A stretch of DNA of 51,154 nt from Rickettsia typhi (lineage in GTDB: Bacteria > Pseudomonadota > Alphaproteobacteria > Rickettsiales > JABSSG01). Of this stretch, positions 21,141-29,507 are shown piece after piece. The notes under the pieces are model-generated. The model was not told where the DNA came from and ran no database searches. It was given only the letters and a program-made list of their open reading frames with translations. The position numbers were made by a program, and so were the translations under genes. The stretch covers positions 1 to 51,154 of the forward strand of contig CAMDPW010000005.1 in the NCBI GenBank assembly GCA_945905715.1. The letters run 5' to 3'. Numbering within the stretch: the first letter of the stretch is position 1; each line of letters opens with the position of its first letter.

Positions 21141-23870
21141 ATGTCAAAAAGTAAGTTTGCATCAATCGGAGAAGAAATAGCACAAGATTATAATGGTGAA
21201 ACAGATTTTGTTACTTATCCTCATTTTTCTCAATACTCTAATGAGCGACAAGGGGCGGTAATGGCTTTACAAGAAATGGTTACAAAAGAGGTGACCAGGC
21301 TGGTGGAGAGCGACCCTAATAAATACGCATCGGTACCTATAGAAGATCTTCAGGCTGCTGTCGTTGACAAGTTCTATACTAACGCAAATTTTGCGAAAGT
21401 TGAAAAATTTCTAGTAGAGAACGCGCATGATCCAAGTGAAAGCACTTGGATACCGAGCCGACTCGGTGGTAATAAAGGTATAAATCATAATTACAAACCA
21501 ACTGATGATCCTACTAATATAAGTAATCCAGCTAAAAATGCATTTACTCGAAATGCAGACATGATAGCAATGGTAGAAGAAACGGTGCAAGCTGGAGTTG
21601 CAGCAGCTGAGCTTACTCACAGAGAGAATATAGCAGCAGTGGTTGCTGGTCCGGTGCAGGAAACATTTGATAATCAAAGTATTATTCCTACTGGATATAC
21701 TGCTGAACGCAGAGGAGTTGCTGATGCTTTACAAGAGATGGTTGCCGAGCAAGTAACAGCACTCAAAGAAAATGCTGCATACAAAGATATACCTCCCCAC
21801 ACTCTTCAGAGACATGTTCTTGAGACATTACAGACCACTGAAAATCTTTCGGCAATTCAAACTTTTTTAGCTAAAAAAGCACCAAAAGCTAGAGAAGATA
21901 GAGGCGTTACGAGTAAAGTTATGGGTGCCGTATTACCTGAGGGTTTAGGCGGGCGTCATGGCATAGGTCGAGATGCAGCTAAAGAAGCGTTTTCTAGTGA
22001 TAGTGGAATGGTAGCTTTAGTAAGAAATGCTGTTGATGTTGGAGGTCAAGCGGCGATAGCACTAGTAAGTCAAGCGCCTATAGCTCATCAAGAACAAGTT
22101 TTAAGTGGAGTAGGAGTAAGTCAAGCGCCATCAAGCTTATCTGTAGTTCAAGAAAGCGCTGCTACCAATATTCGTGAAACAACGAAAACAAGAAATAATA
22201 GAAAAGCCATAATGCAAACAGCAGAACAATCTCTTACTGCTTATGAAAAAACAGTCGGTATAAGTAAGACCAGCTATCAAGATCTCGCTAGACGATTGAA
22301 TGATTACCGCATTTCTATTCCTAGAATTGAAAGAGACGTAAGACAACTTAGCGAAGAGATTGCTGCTGGCCAGGATAAAGAAAATGAACTAAATAAGCAA
22401 AAATTAAAATTAGCCACAGTGAAAATGGATATTGTAAGACTTGAGAATCGTCTTTTTAAAGGTAAGGAAACCGGTGGTCAATTTCACGAAGCTATGCAAG
22501 TTTTACTTGATGCGAAAGTAGCTGTTACTAAAGGTGCTATCTCTAAAAAAGATATCGCCGCTAGAAATGAAGTAGTATTAGAAGCGGCAAAACATCGTAT
22601 AGCTCTAGAAAATGCAAATTTAGCAAAGTTAGAAAAACAAATGGACGTGCTAGGTCAGAAAATAGCAACGATTATTGATGGCACTACTATTGATCCTAAA
22701 TTATTAGCACAGTATCAACAAACAGCCACAGAGTTAGTAAAGAGTAATAACAGTAGAAATGAGGCCATGACTCAAATTGTTGGTATAAATTATTCTCATG
22801 ATGATACGCGTTATAAGCAACATAAAGCTCAACAAACTAAACTTCAAAATGAAGTCCAAGCAAAAACAACGCTTGTGAATCATTATGAGCAAGCTAAATC
22901 TTTAAAGAATTTGTCTGAATGCAAAGCGTTTTTGATTACAGAAAGACAAGTAATAGAAGCAACTGATCAAGTAATTAGCACTAAAGGTAGCAGCAATTTT
23001 GCTCATTCAAAATTTCTTAAAACACCGAAGGAACCCTCCAATGTGGAAGAGGCTACACCATATGAGTTGTGGCTGCGTAAAAAAGCGGAAAATGAACATG
23101 ATACAAAAGCTGGTACTACTGGTATAAAATTTGCAGATTTAGCTTCTGAAGAGCAATACAAAGTGCATAAAGGTTATGTACGAGAAAATACTGTGAAGGA
23201 GATAAATAATTATGGTGGTAACAGCATTACACCTGATCGTAGTTCTGGGGGTTTATCGTTTAAATCACAAGGTAGCAGCAGATCTGTTGAAGTTTCACAA
23301 AGATCACCGTTAGACCCAGTGGAGATCAATATTGATTCTGCTGATCCAAAAATGAACACTATACTCCATATTAAACATCGAGGAACTCATGGTCAATTGC
23401 TTGAGGCTTGTGATTTGATAGAAATCAAAGATGGTCGAATTGTTTCGATTATTCAAAATACTGGACCTGGCGCCGGTACATCACGTTTAAACATGAAATC
23501 TTTGAGGGCGTTACAACGTAAACTAGATAATGATCTTGTAAGAGGCGTTCAAGCGCAATCGCCCGACGAACAAGTTGTGCCGTCAGTAGCTAGTACTGTT
23601 CCAACTCTTCGAGACACTCCAGAACAAGTTGTGCCGTCAGTAGCTAGTACTGTTCCAACTCTTCGAGACACTCCAGAACAAGTTGTGCCGTCAGTAGCTA
23701 GTACTGTTCCAACTCTTCGAGACACTCCAGAACAAGCGCAGTTGCATACCAGTGCCAGTGCGTTGGTGAGGGGTCTTGTAGTTAACGTCGAATTCCCATC
23801 AAACATAGTATCGCCACCACCACCAACACGACAACCCAGAATAGGAGGTGGAGGTGCTGAAAGACAATAA
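21141..23870 (+). CDS. Large hypothetical protein with duplicated N-terminal domain, coiled coil, shared domain and 18-aa repeats; candidate effector
   Basis: 909 aa; strong RBS aggaggt just upstream of the ATG; ends SPPPPTRQPRIGGGGAERQ. Confidence 0.8.
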   Translation: MSKSKFASIGEEIAQDYNGETDFVTYPHFSQYSNERQGAVMALQEMVTKEVTRLVESDPNKYASVPIEDLQAAVVDKFYTNANFAKVEKFLVENAHDPSESTWIPSRLGGNKGINHNYKPTDDPTNISNPAKNAFTRNADMIAMVEETVQAGVAAAELTHRENIAAVVAGPVQETFDNQSIIPTGYTAERRGVADALQEMVAEQVTALKENAAYKDIPPHTLQRHVLETLQTTENLSAIQTFLAKKAPKAREDRGVTSKVMGAVLPEGLGGRHGIGRDAAKEAFSSDSGMVALVRNAVDVGGQAAIALVSQAPIAHQEQVLSGVGVSQAPSSLSVVQESAATNIRETTKTRNNRKAIMQTAEQSLTAYEKTVGISKTSYQDLARRLNDYRISIPRIERDVRQLSEEIAAGQDKENELNKQKLKLATVKMDIVRLENRLFKGKETGGQFHEAMQVLLDAKVAVTKGAISKKDIAARNEVVLEAAKHRIALENANLAKLEKQMDVLGQKIATIIDGTTIDPKLLAQYQQTATELVKSNNSRNEAMTQIVGINYSHDDTRYKQHKAQQTKLQNEVQAKTTLVNHYEQAKSLKNLSECKAFLITERQVIEATDQVISTKGSSNFAHSKFLKTPKEPSNVEEATPYELWLRKKAENEHDTKAGTTGIKFADLASEEQYKVHKGYVRENTVKEINNYGGNSITPDRSSGGLSFKSQGSSRSVEVSQRSPLDPVEINIDSADPKMNTILHIKHRGTHGQLLEACDLIEIKDGRIVSIIQNTGPGAGTSRLNMKSLRALQRKLDNDLVRGVQAQSPDEQVVPSVASTVPTLRDTPEQVVPSVASTVPTLRDTPEQVVPSVASTVPTLRDTPEQAQLHTSASALVRGLVVNVEFPSNIVSPPPPTRQPRIGGGGAERQ
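23568..23736 (+). repeat. Perfect intragenic tandem repeat, 54 bp x 3.1 (EQVVPSVASTVPTLRDTP)
   Basis: gaacaagttgtgccgtcagtagctagtactgttccaactcttcgagacactcca at 23568, 23622 and 23676. Confidence 0.95.
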
Positions 23871-23893
23871 GGTAGCAAGTAGTAAGTTATGTT

Positions 23894-24865
23894 TTACTTC
23901 TTGCTTGTAAACTCAAGCTGAGCAAAAGTGTGCTTCATGTGAGTCGGTAGTTCGGCAGTAAAATGGAGAGTTTTACCCATAAAATCTGGAATTGTGATCT
24001 CGCGAGCATGCAGGTGTAATTTGTTACTGTAACCATTAATAAAAGCGTTTGCGCGTCCATATTTGCCATCTCCTAAAATAGGCGTGCCTATTGCCGCAGC
24101 ATGTACACGTAGTTGATGAGTACGGCCAGTAATCGGTAGCATCTCTAGCCAACTAAGCTTATCAGAAGCATGCTGCTGAAGTACGTGGTATTTACTAATT
24201 GCAACTTTGCCATTATCATAATCGATACTAGTCTTTTCGCTATTAAGTATATTTTTTTTTGCGATCGGTAGCTTAATGATCCCGGATTTCTTTTGTGGAA
24301 CACCTATTACAATTGCCCAATATTTCTTAATAATTTCCTTTTGTTTAAAACTAGCAGCAAGTAATTGCGCGGCACGTGCAGTTCTAGCTAGTAGTAGAAT
24401 TCCGCTAGTGTCTTTGTCTAAACGATGAACTAGTTTTGGCTTATTATCAAATGTAAATTTCAAACCTTCAGCTAGGTCATCAATACTGATAACGACTTTA
24501 CTGCCACCTTGCACTGCTAAACCACAAGGCTTATTAAGTACGATAATATCGTCATCTTTATAGATCACACTATCAAGAATTAACAATAGGTTATCTCTAA
24601 AATCTGAGATATTAGTTACACTTTTTTTTAGTGACTTGTTATCGCAATTATTCCAGTTCTGACTGATAGTTATTTGATCATCAGTCACTATCTTATTGTT
24701 GATAGTAGTTTTTTTATCATTGAGTTTAATAAATTTTTTACGAATAAATTTATGAATTAAACTGACTGGAATGTTAGTAAATTTCTTTTTTAGCCAGCGA
24801 TCAATTCGAGTAGGTCCTGTATCACTGCCAACAATTAAGCTAATTTTTTTTATTTTATTTTCCAT
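23894..24865 (-). CDS. rluC: RluA-family pseudouridine synthase (RluC-like, with S4 domain)
   Basis: RIDRWLKK S4 domain, NKPCGLAVQGG, HRLDKDTSG, TGRTHQLRVH, GDGKYG, LHLHA. Confidence 0.9.
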   Translation of the reverse strand: MENKIKKISLIVGSDTGPTRIDRWLKKKFTNIPVSLIHKFIRKKFIKLNDKKTTINNKIVTDDQITISQNWNNCDNKSLKKSVTNISDFRDNLLLILDSVIYKDDDIIVLNKPCGLAVQGGSKVVISIDDLAEGLKFTFDNKPKLVHRLDKDTSGILLLARTARAAQLLAASFKQKEIIKKYWAIVIGVPQKKSGIIKLPIAKKNILNSEKTSIDYDNGKVAISKYHVLQQHASDKLSWLEMLPITGRTHQLRVHAAAIGTPILGDGKYGRANAFINGYSNKLHLHAREITIPDFMGKTLHFTAELPTHMKHTFAQLEFTSKK

Positions 24866-25028
24866 AATCAATTACCAATTTTCAGTCATTGTAGTGCTAA
24901 TGGTATCTTCATGCAAGTTAAGTAAAATGCGCTTAAAGTAACAAAATATAATTTTATTTATGTTAACTACTATAGGTTATTGACACTTGTAGTGTAAGCA
25001 TAGAGAATATTAGATAAAGAATTGGAAA

Positions 25029-27584
25029 TTGGTCCCAGTGTTAAAATTACTATTTGCCATTATCATTATTTGCAGCTCTGCTGGACTATCAGCTGGTAGC
25101 TGTGATCAGTGTCCTTGCGATGGTAAGCCGGTAGCAGAACCAAGCACTACTACTAACTGCAACGTTGGTAAAGACAGTGGCTGCGAATCAGGTTTTTGTG
25201 GTATTATGAATGTTAATTCACCAGTAAATATTTCTAACTTATTCGGTGTAGTACTTAACGATCTTTTAGATCTCGGTACTCCTACCTATGTGCTCGATCG
25301 TTTATCCTCAGTGATCTTAGGGGATGCAAATACTGAGGGTGCATATGTATCAATTAATAATTGCAACGGTGATTGGCTTAATTGTCAACCTTATGTTTAT
25401 ATTTGTAGTAATAACCTTCAATGTCCCTACTCTCAATGTAGCAAAGATCGTTTTTGTAGAGCAGAAGAAAATTTTACCATTTTACCTAATAAAAGCAGCG
25501 CATGTAAGGCCAGTCCAAATATGGCCAAACCAGCAGTGAATCAAGATACTTTCTTAACAGACTCTAAAGGAAATCAGCTCTATTGCCCATTAATGCGTGG
25601 TAATATACCAACTAGTGATTTTTGGTTTTATATGTCTGATCAAAGTAATAGCGGTTATTATCAACACTATCCTGATGACGGCGTATTTAATGCAAATTTT
25701 GAGACCACCTTGGGGCTCAATCTTTGGGCAGATTTTCTTAACCTTACTCAGTTTAAAATAGAGTCTCAAGGTGATCAAACTTGCTTGGTTGCGCAGTTTC
25801 CTGGCTTAAGTATATTTATAGAAAACTGGCTAACTATTGGTTGTAAATATGCGCCACCACCCGTAATAACATCTCCGCAATCAGCTACATGTTATACTGC
25901 TAATTCTTGTACAGGATCTGATCTAAAAACCTTATCTAAGTTTACTTTATTAGGACAACTAATGCAGTGTGTAACTGAAACGTTAGCTAATTTATTTGTG
26001 GCTCCGCCGCTTAATTGTGAAAGTGCAGGGCTGATCTTAATTTTTCAACAAAATATGAGGCACATTGTATCTATATTACTTACCTTATACGTGTGTTTAA
26101 TGGGACTGAAAATTCTTGCAGGGGGTGAACTACCTAAAAAGGCTGAGTTTTTTATGTTCATCTTAAAATTTGGGTTGGTAATATATTTTTCAGTTGGTAC
26201 CTTTAATATTCATGATCCCAACTCTTCTAATGAAAATACTAATGGCTTAGTTTTTCTTTATAATAGTGGATTTGCAGTGATGAGCGAGTTAGCTAATAAT
26301 ATCATTAAAGCTGGTAATGAAAGTGATAATAATTTCTGTAATTTTCCACCATTAACAGCTTCATATGATGCAGGCTATGAATATTTAGCATTATGGGATT
26401 CGTTAGATTGTCGCATTGCTAGTTACTTAGGTTTTTTAAGCTTAGAAGATGGCGCAAGTAAAGCTATGTCTGTAATGACTATGATTTGGATTTTTTTTAT
26501 TGGCTTCAATCCAATAATGACTGTGTTTTTAACTGTTTTTGCCTTTTTTATGATCTCTGTGATGTTGTTGTTAGTGAATATTTTTATTTTATCTATGTTT
26601 GGTTTGGCCTTTACCGTTTATATAGGTCCAATATTTGTACCCATGGCATTGTTTGGCTATACTAAGCAATATTTTGAACAGTGGCTTTCACTATTAATAT
26701 CATTTTTATTGCAACCAGCTATAGTCGCTGCAGGTCTTGCTTTGATAATGCTAGTAATAGATCGCCAATTTTATGGAATTTCTCTTGATCAAGATGGTAA
26801 TTACCTAAGTGGCTGTCAATTTGCCATGGTTAAAGCCTCATCTGGTGGTTGGTTTGCGCAATATAGCTCAGCTACCCAAGATACCGCGGCTTGTCAAAAT
26901 AGTCTAGGTTACTTTATTTCATCGATGGAATTATCAGATTTTGGCAAAGTATTTAGTATCATTGGTATAATTTCGGTAGTGCAGCCAAACATTGTTGGCA
27001 TAGATTTAATAAATCAATTTATGACTTTAGCTCTAATGTTATTTATTTTTTATGAGTTTGCTGAAATATTAGCGAGTTTAGCTGCAGATATAACTGGCGG
27101 TATGAATTTAGGTACGTATGCATCTTCTCCTGCTGCAGCCAGAGCATTTTTAGGTAAAATGCTACAAACTACCCAAGCACTTGGTCGTAGAGCAATGGCG
27201 CGCGCTTATAGTGGAGCTAAAACAGGATTAAATGCAGTAACGGCAAAAAGAGCAGGAGTAGTTGCTGCGCCATCTAATCCAGCTAGCGCAGCTAGTGCAT
27301 CAACTCAAGTATCCGCAGCAAGTCTAGCAACAGCGTCATCTAATCAAGCTAGCGCAGCTGCAACTCAAGTATCATCTCCTAGCTCGAGTCTAATAAGAAC
27401 ATCAAGCGACCTAAGAGATGCGGCATTAGCACGGCAAAAAAGCGCAGCAGCACCAGTTTCACCTTCTGACCTAAGAGATGCGGCATTAGCACGGCAAAAA
27501 AGCGCAGCAGCACCAGTTTCACCCTCCAGTACTTTGCCAGTAAAGCCGAGAGGTGGTGCTAGTGGATCATCAACGGTTAAATAA
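25029..27584 (+). CDS. virB6: Type IV secretion system VirB6/TrbL-family protein (rickettsial RvhB6 type) with Cys-rich N-terminal and Ala/Ser-rich C-terminal extensions
   Basis: GQLMQCVTETLANLF, LLTLYVCLMGLKIL, FILKFGLVIYF, YLALWDSLDCRIASYLG, GPIFVPMALFGYTKQYFEQW..LISFLLQP; multiple TM helices. Confidence 0.9.
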   Translation: MVPVLKLLFAIIIICSSAGLSAGSCDQCPCDGKPVAEPSTTTNCNVGKDSGCESGFCGIMNVNSPVNISNLFGVVLNDLLDLGTPTYVLDRLSSVILGDANTEGAYVSINNCNGDWLNCQPYVYICSNNLQCPYSQCSKDRFCRAEENFTILPNKSSACKASPNMAKPAVNQDTFLTDSKGNQLYCPLMRGNIPTSDFWFYMSDQSNSGYYQHYPDDGVFNANFETTLGLNLWADFLNLTQFKIESQGDQTCLVAQFPGLSIFIENWLTIGCKYAPPPVITSPQSATCYTANSCTGSDLKTLSKFTLLGQLMQCVTETLANLFVAPPLNCESAGLILIFQQNMRHIVSILLTLYVCLMGLKILAGGELPKKAEFFMFILKFGLVIYFSVGTFNIHDPNSSNENTNGLVFLYNSGFAVMSELANNIIKAGNESDNNFCNFPPLTASYDAGYEYLALWDSLDCRIASYLGFLSLEDGASKAMSVMTMIWIFFIGFNPIMTVFLTVFAFFMISVMLLLVNIFILSMFGLAFTVYIGPIFVPMALFGYTKQYFEQWLSLLISFLLQPAIVAAGLALIMLVIDRQFYGISLDQDGNYLSGCQFAMVKASSGGWFAQYSSATQDTAACQNSLGYFISSMELSDFGKVFSIIGIISVVQPNIVGIDLINQFMTLALMLFIFYEFAEILASLAADITGGMNLGTYASSPAAARAFLGKMLQTTQALGRRAMARAYSGAKTGLNAVTAKRAGVVAAPSNPASAASASTQVSAASLATASSNQASAAATQVSSPSSSLIRTSSDLRDAALARQKSAAAPVSPSDLRDAALARQKSAAAPVSPSSTLPVKPRGGASGSSTVK
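27408..27523 (+). repeat. Intragenic tandem repeat, 60-bp period x 2 (DLRDAALARQKSAAAPVSP)
   Basis: 56 identical nt at 27408 and 27468; a further imperfect repeat pair starts at 27271 and 27337. Confidence 0.92.
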
Positions 27585-27892
27585 TGCATAAGATGTTCTT
27601 CGTCTGACTTAATAGCGCTGCTTCATAAAACATTACGAGTTTACAGCTAAAGATTGAAAATTATCACTGCAGATAACATAACATGCTATGAAATCAAGAG
27701 TCGCATTTTTTATCATTTGATTTTACTTTCTTTGGAATATTTTAATATTGTTTCTAAGTTTTTTTTTGTAAAGCATAAAAAATATAGTACAAAAATAGCA
27801 ACTAATGCTTTTAAGCTTACAATCCACAAGAGATCTGGTATAATGTACGCTATATTACATATATAGGTAATGATGGATTATATTGGTAGATT

Positions 27893-28666
27893 ATGAATTA
27901 CATTGGTTCTATAGGTAAATACATTTTAAATTTGCTAGCAAGCTTTGGTAGCGCAGTGATTTTTAGCTTTTATGCTCTTGTTGGCATTTTTGTAGCACCA
28001 ATATATTTTCGAAAAATTATTGAAAATTTAATCGAGATTGGTTTTTATTCGTTACCAGTAGTTGGTATGACTGCTATTTTTACTGGTGCGGTACTAGTGT
28101 TACAAAGTTATGTTGGCTTTTCTCGTTTTTCGGCTGAAGGATCAATTCCAACGGTAGTGGTACTTTCGATTACCCGCGAGCTTGGTCCAGTGCTTGCTGG
28201 TTTGATGGTGGCAGGTAGAGTCGGCGCAGCTATAGCAGCTGAAATTGCAACAATGAAAGTAACCGAACAAATTGATGCGCTTTCAACCATGGCAGTGAAT
28301 CCAATAAAATATCTAGTAACTCCGCGAGTGATTGCTAGCGTTATCGCGATGCCATGTTTGGTTTTAGTTGCAGATATTGTAGGTATTTTAGGCGGTTATA
28401 TTGTTGCTACTGAAAAACTAGGTTTTAATAAAGCAATTTATTTAAAAAATACTATAAACTATCTAGAATTTATGGATGTGTTTTCAGGATTGGTAAAAGC
28501 TGCTATATTTGGCTTGGTCATTGCCTTAACTGGCTGTTATCACGGTTATACAGCTAGTAAAGGCGCTGCAGGCGTGGGTTCGGCAACTACTAATGCGGTA
28601 GTATCGGCCTCAGTTCTAATTTTAATTTTTAACTATATAGCAACAGAAGTATTCTTTGCAAAATGA
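27893..28666 (+). CDS. mlaE: MlaE-family ABC transporter permease
   Basis: RELGPVLAGLMVAGRVGAAIAAEIATMKVTEQIDAL, GVGSATTNAVV. Confidence 0.94.
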   Translation: MNYIGSIGKYILNLLASFGSAVIFSFYALVGIFVAPIYFRKIIENLIEIGFYSLPVVGMTAIFTGAVLVLQSYVGFSRFSAEGSIPTVVVLSITRELGPVLAGLMVAGRVGAAIAAEIATMKVTEQIDALSTMAVNPIKYLVTPRVIASVIAMPCLVLVADIVGILGGYIVATEKLGFNKAIYLKNTINYLEFMDVFSGLVKAAIFGLVIALTGCYHGYTASKGAAGVGSATTNAVVSASVLILIFNYIATEVFFAK

Positions 28667-29496
28667 TAACAAAAATGATTAAAAGTAAATTCAAAACTAG
28701 TAGCAAGCAAGTTGCAGTAGGAGGAGATTCTATTCAATCTAAAATAATTATTACAAAATTAACCAAGACATTTGGTAAAAAAATTATTTTAAATGAACTA
28801 GATTTAGAAGTTAAAAAAAATGAATCTTTAGTAATTCTAGGAGGTTCAGGTTCTGGAAAATCAGTATTAATAAAAGCTATAGTAGGTTTATTACAAATTG
28901 ATAGTGGTTCAGTAAAATTTGACGGTAACGAGATTTCAAATTTATCACGCTCAGAGAAAAGTCACTTGATGAGTCGATTTGGTTTTTTATTTCAAGGCGG
29001 TGCCTTATTTGATAGCTTGCGTGTATGGGAGAATGTGTCCTTTTCTTTAATCCACAACAAGAGTATCTCAGTTGCAGAAGCCAAAGATATAGCATTAGCT
29101 AAATTACATTCCGTTGGAATGAATGAAGACATAATGTATCTATTCCCTTCTGAATTATCTGGAGGCATGCAAAAACGTGTAGCTTTGGCACGAGCGATAG
29201 CTACTAATCCTGAAGTAGTGTTTTTTGACGAACCAACAACTGGACTTGATCCAATTATGGCCAACGTGATTAATGATCTTATAATTGGTGTGCGAAACAA
29301 TATAGGCGCTACTACCGTTACTATTACTCATGATATAAATAGCGCTCGTCGCATTGCAACGCGAGTAGCAATGCTTTTTCAAGGCAAAATAACTTGGATT
29401 GGCGATGTACATGATATAGATAAATCAGGTAATTCAGTTTTTGAACAATTCATTAATGGAAAAAGCACCGGCCCAATTAAAGTTGACGTTTCATAG
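28663..29496 (+). CDS. mlaF: MlaF-family ABC transporter ATP-binding protein
   Basis: GGSGSGKS, FQGGALFDSL, LSGGMQKRVALARA, FDEPTTGLDP; ATGA overlap with mlaE. Confidence 0.93.
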   Translation: MITKMIKSKFKTSSKQVAVGGDSIQSKIIITKLTKTFGKKIILNELDLEVKKNESLVILGGSGSGKSVLIKAIVGLLQIDSGSVKFDGNEISNLSRSEKSHLMSRFGFLFQGGALFDSLRVWENVSFSLIHNKSISVAEAKDIALAKLHSVGMNEDIMYLFPSELSGGMQKRVALARAIATNPEVVFFDEPTTGLDPIMANVINDLIIGVRNNIGATTVTITHDINSARRIATRVAMLFQGKITWIGDVHDIDKSGNSVFEQFINGKSTGPIKVDVS

Positions 29497-29507
29497 GAAG
29501 TTATAAT

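Noticed and set aside
23568-23736. 54-bp repeats as a possible CRISPR array
   Set aside because: Head-to-tail with no spacers, in frame within a CDS, and no cas genes
27654-27866. 70-aa ORF with ADNITCYEIKSRI, faintly like the alanine racemase C-terminus (alr often precedes mlaE)
   Set aside because: Only a few residues match and no other Alr motif is visible; too weak to call a gene or pseudogene
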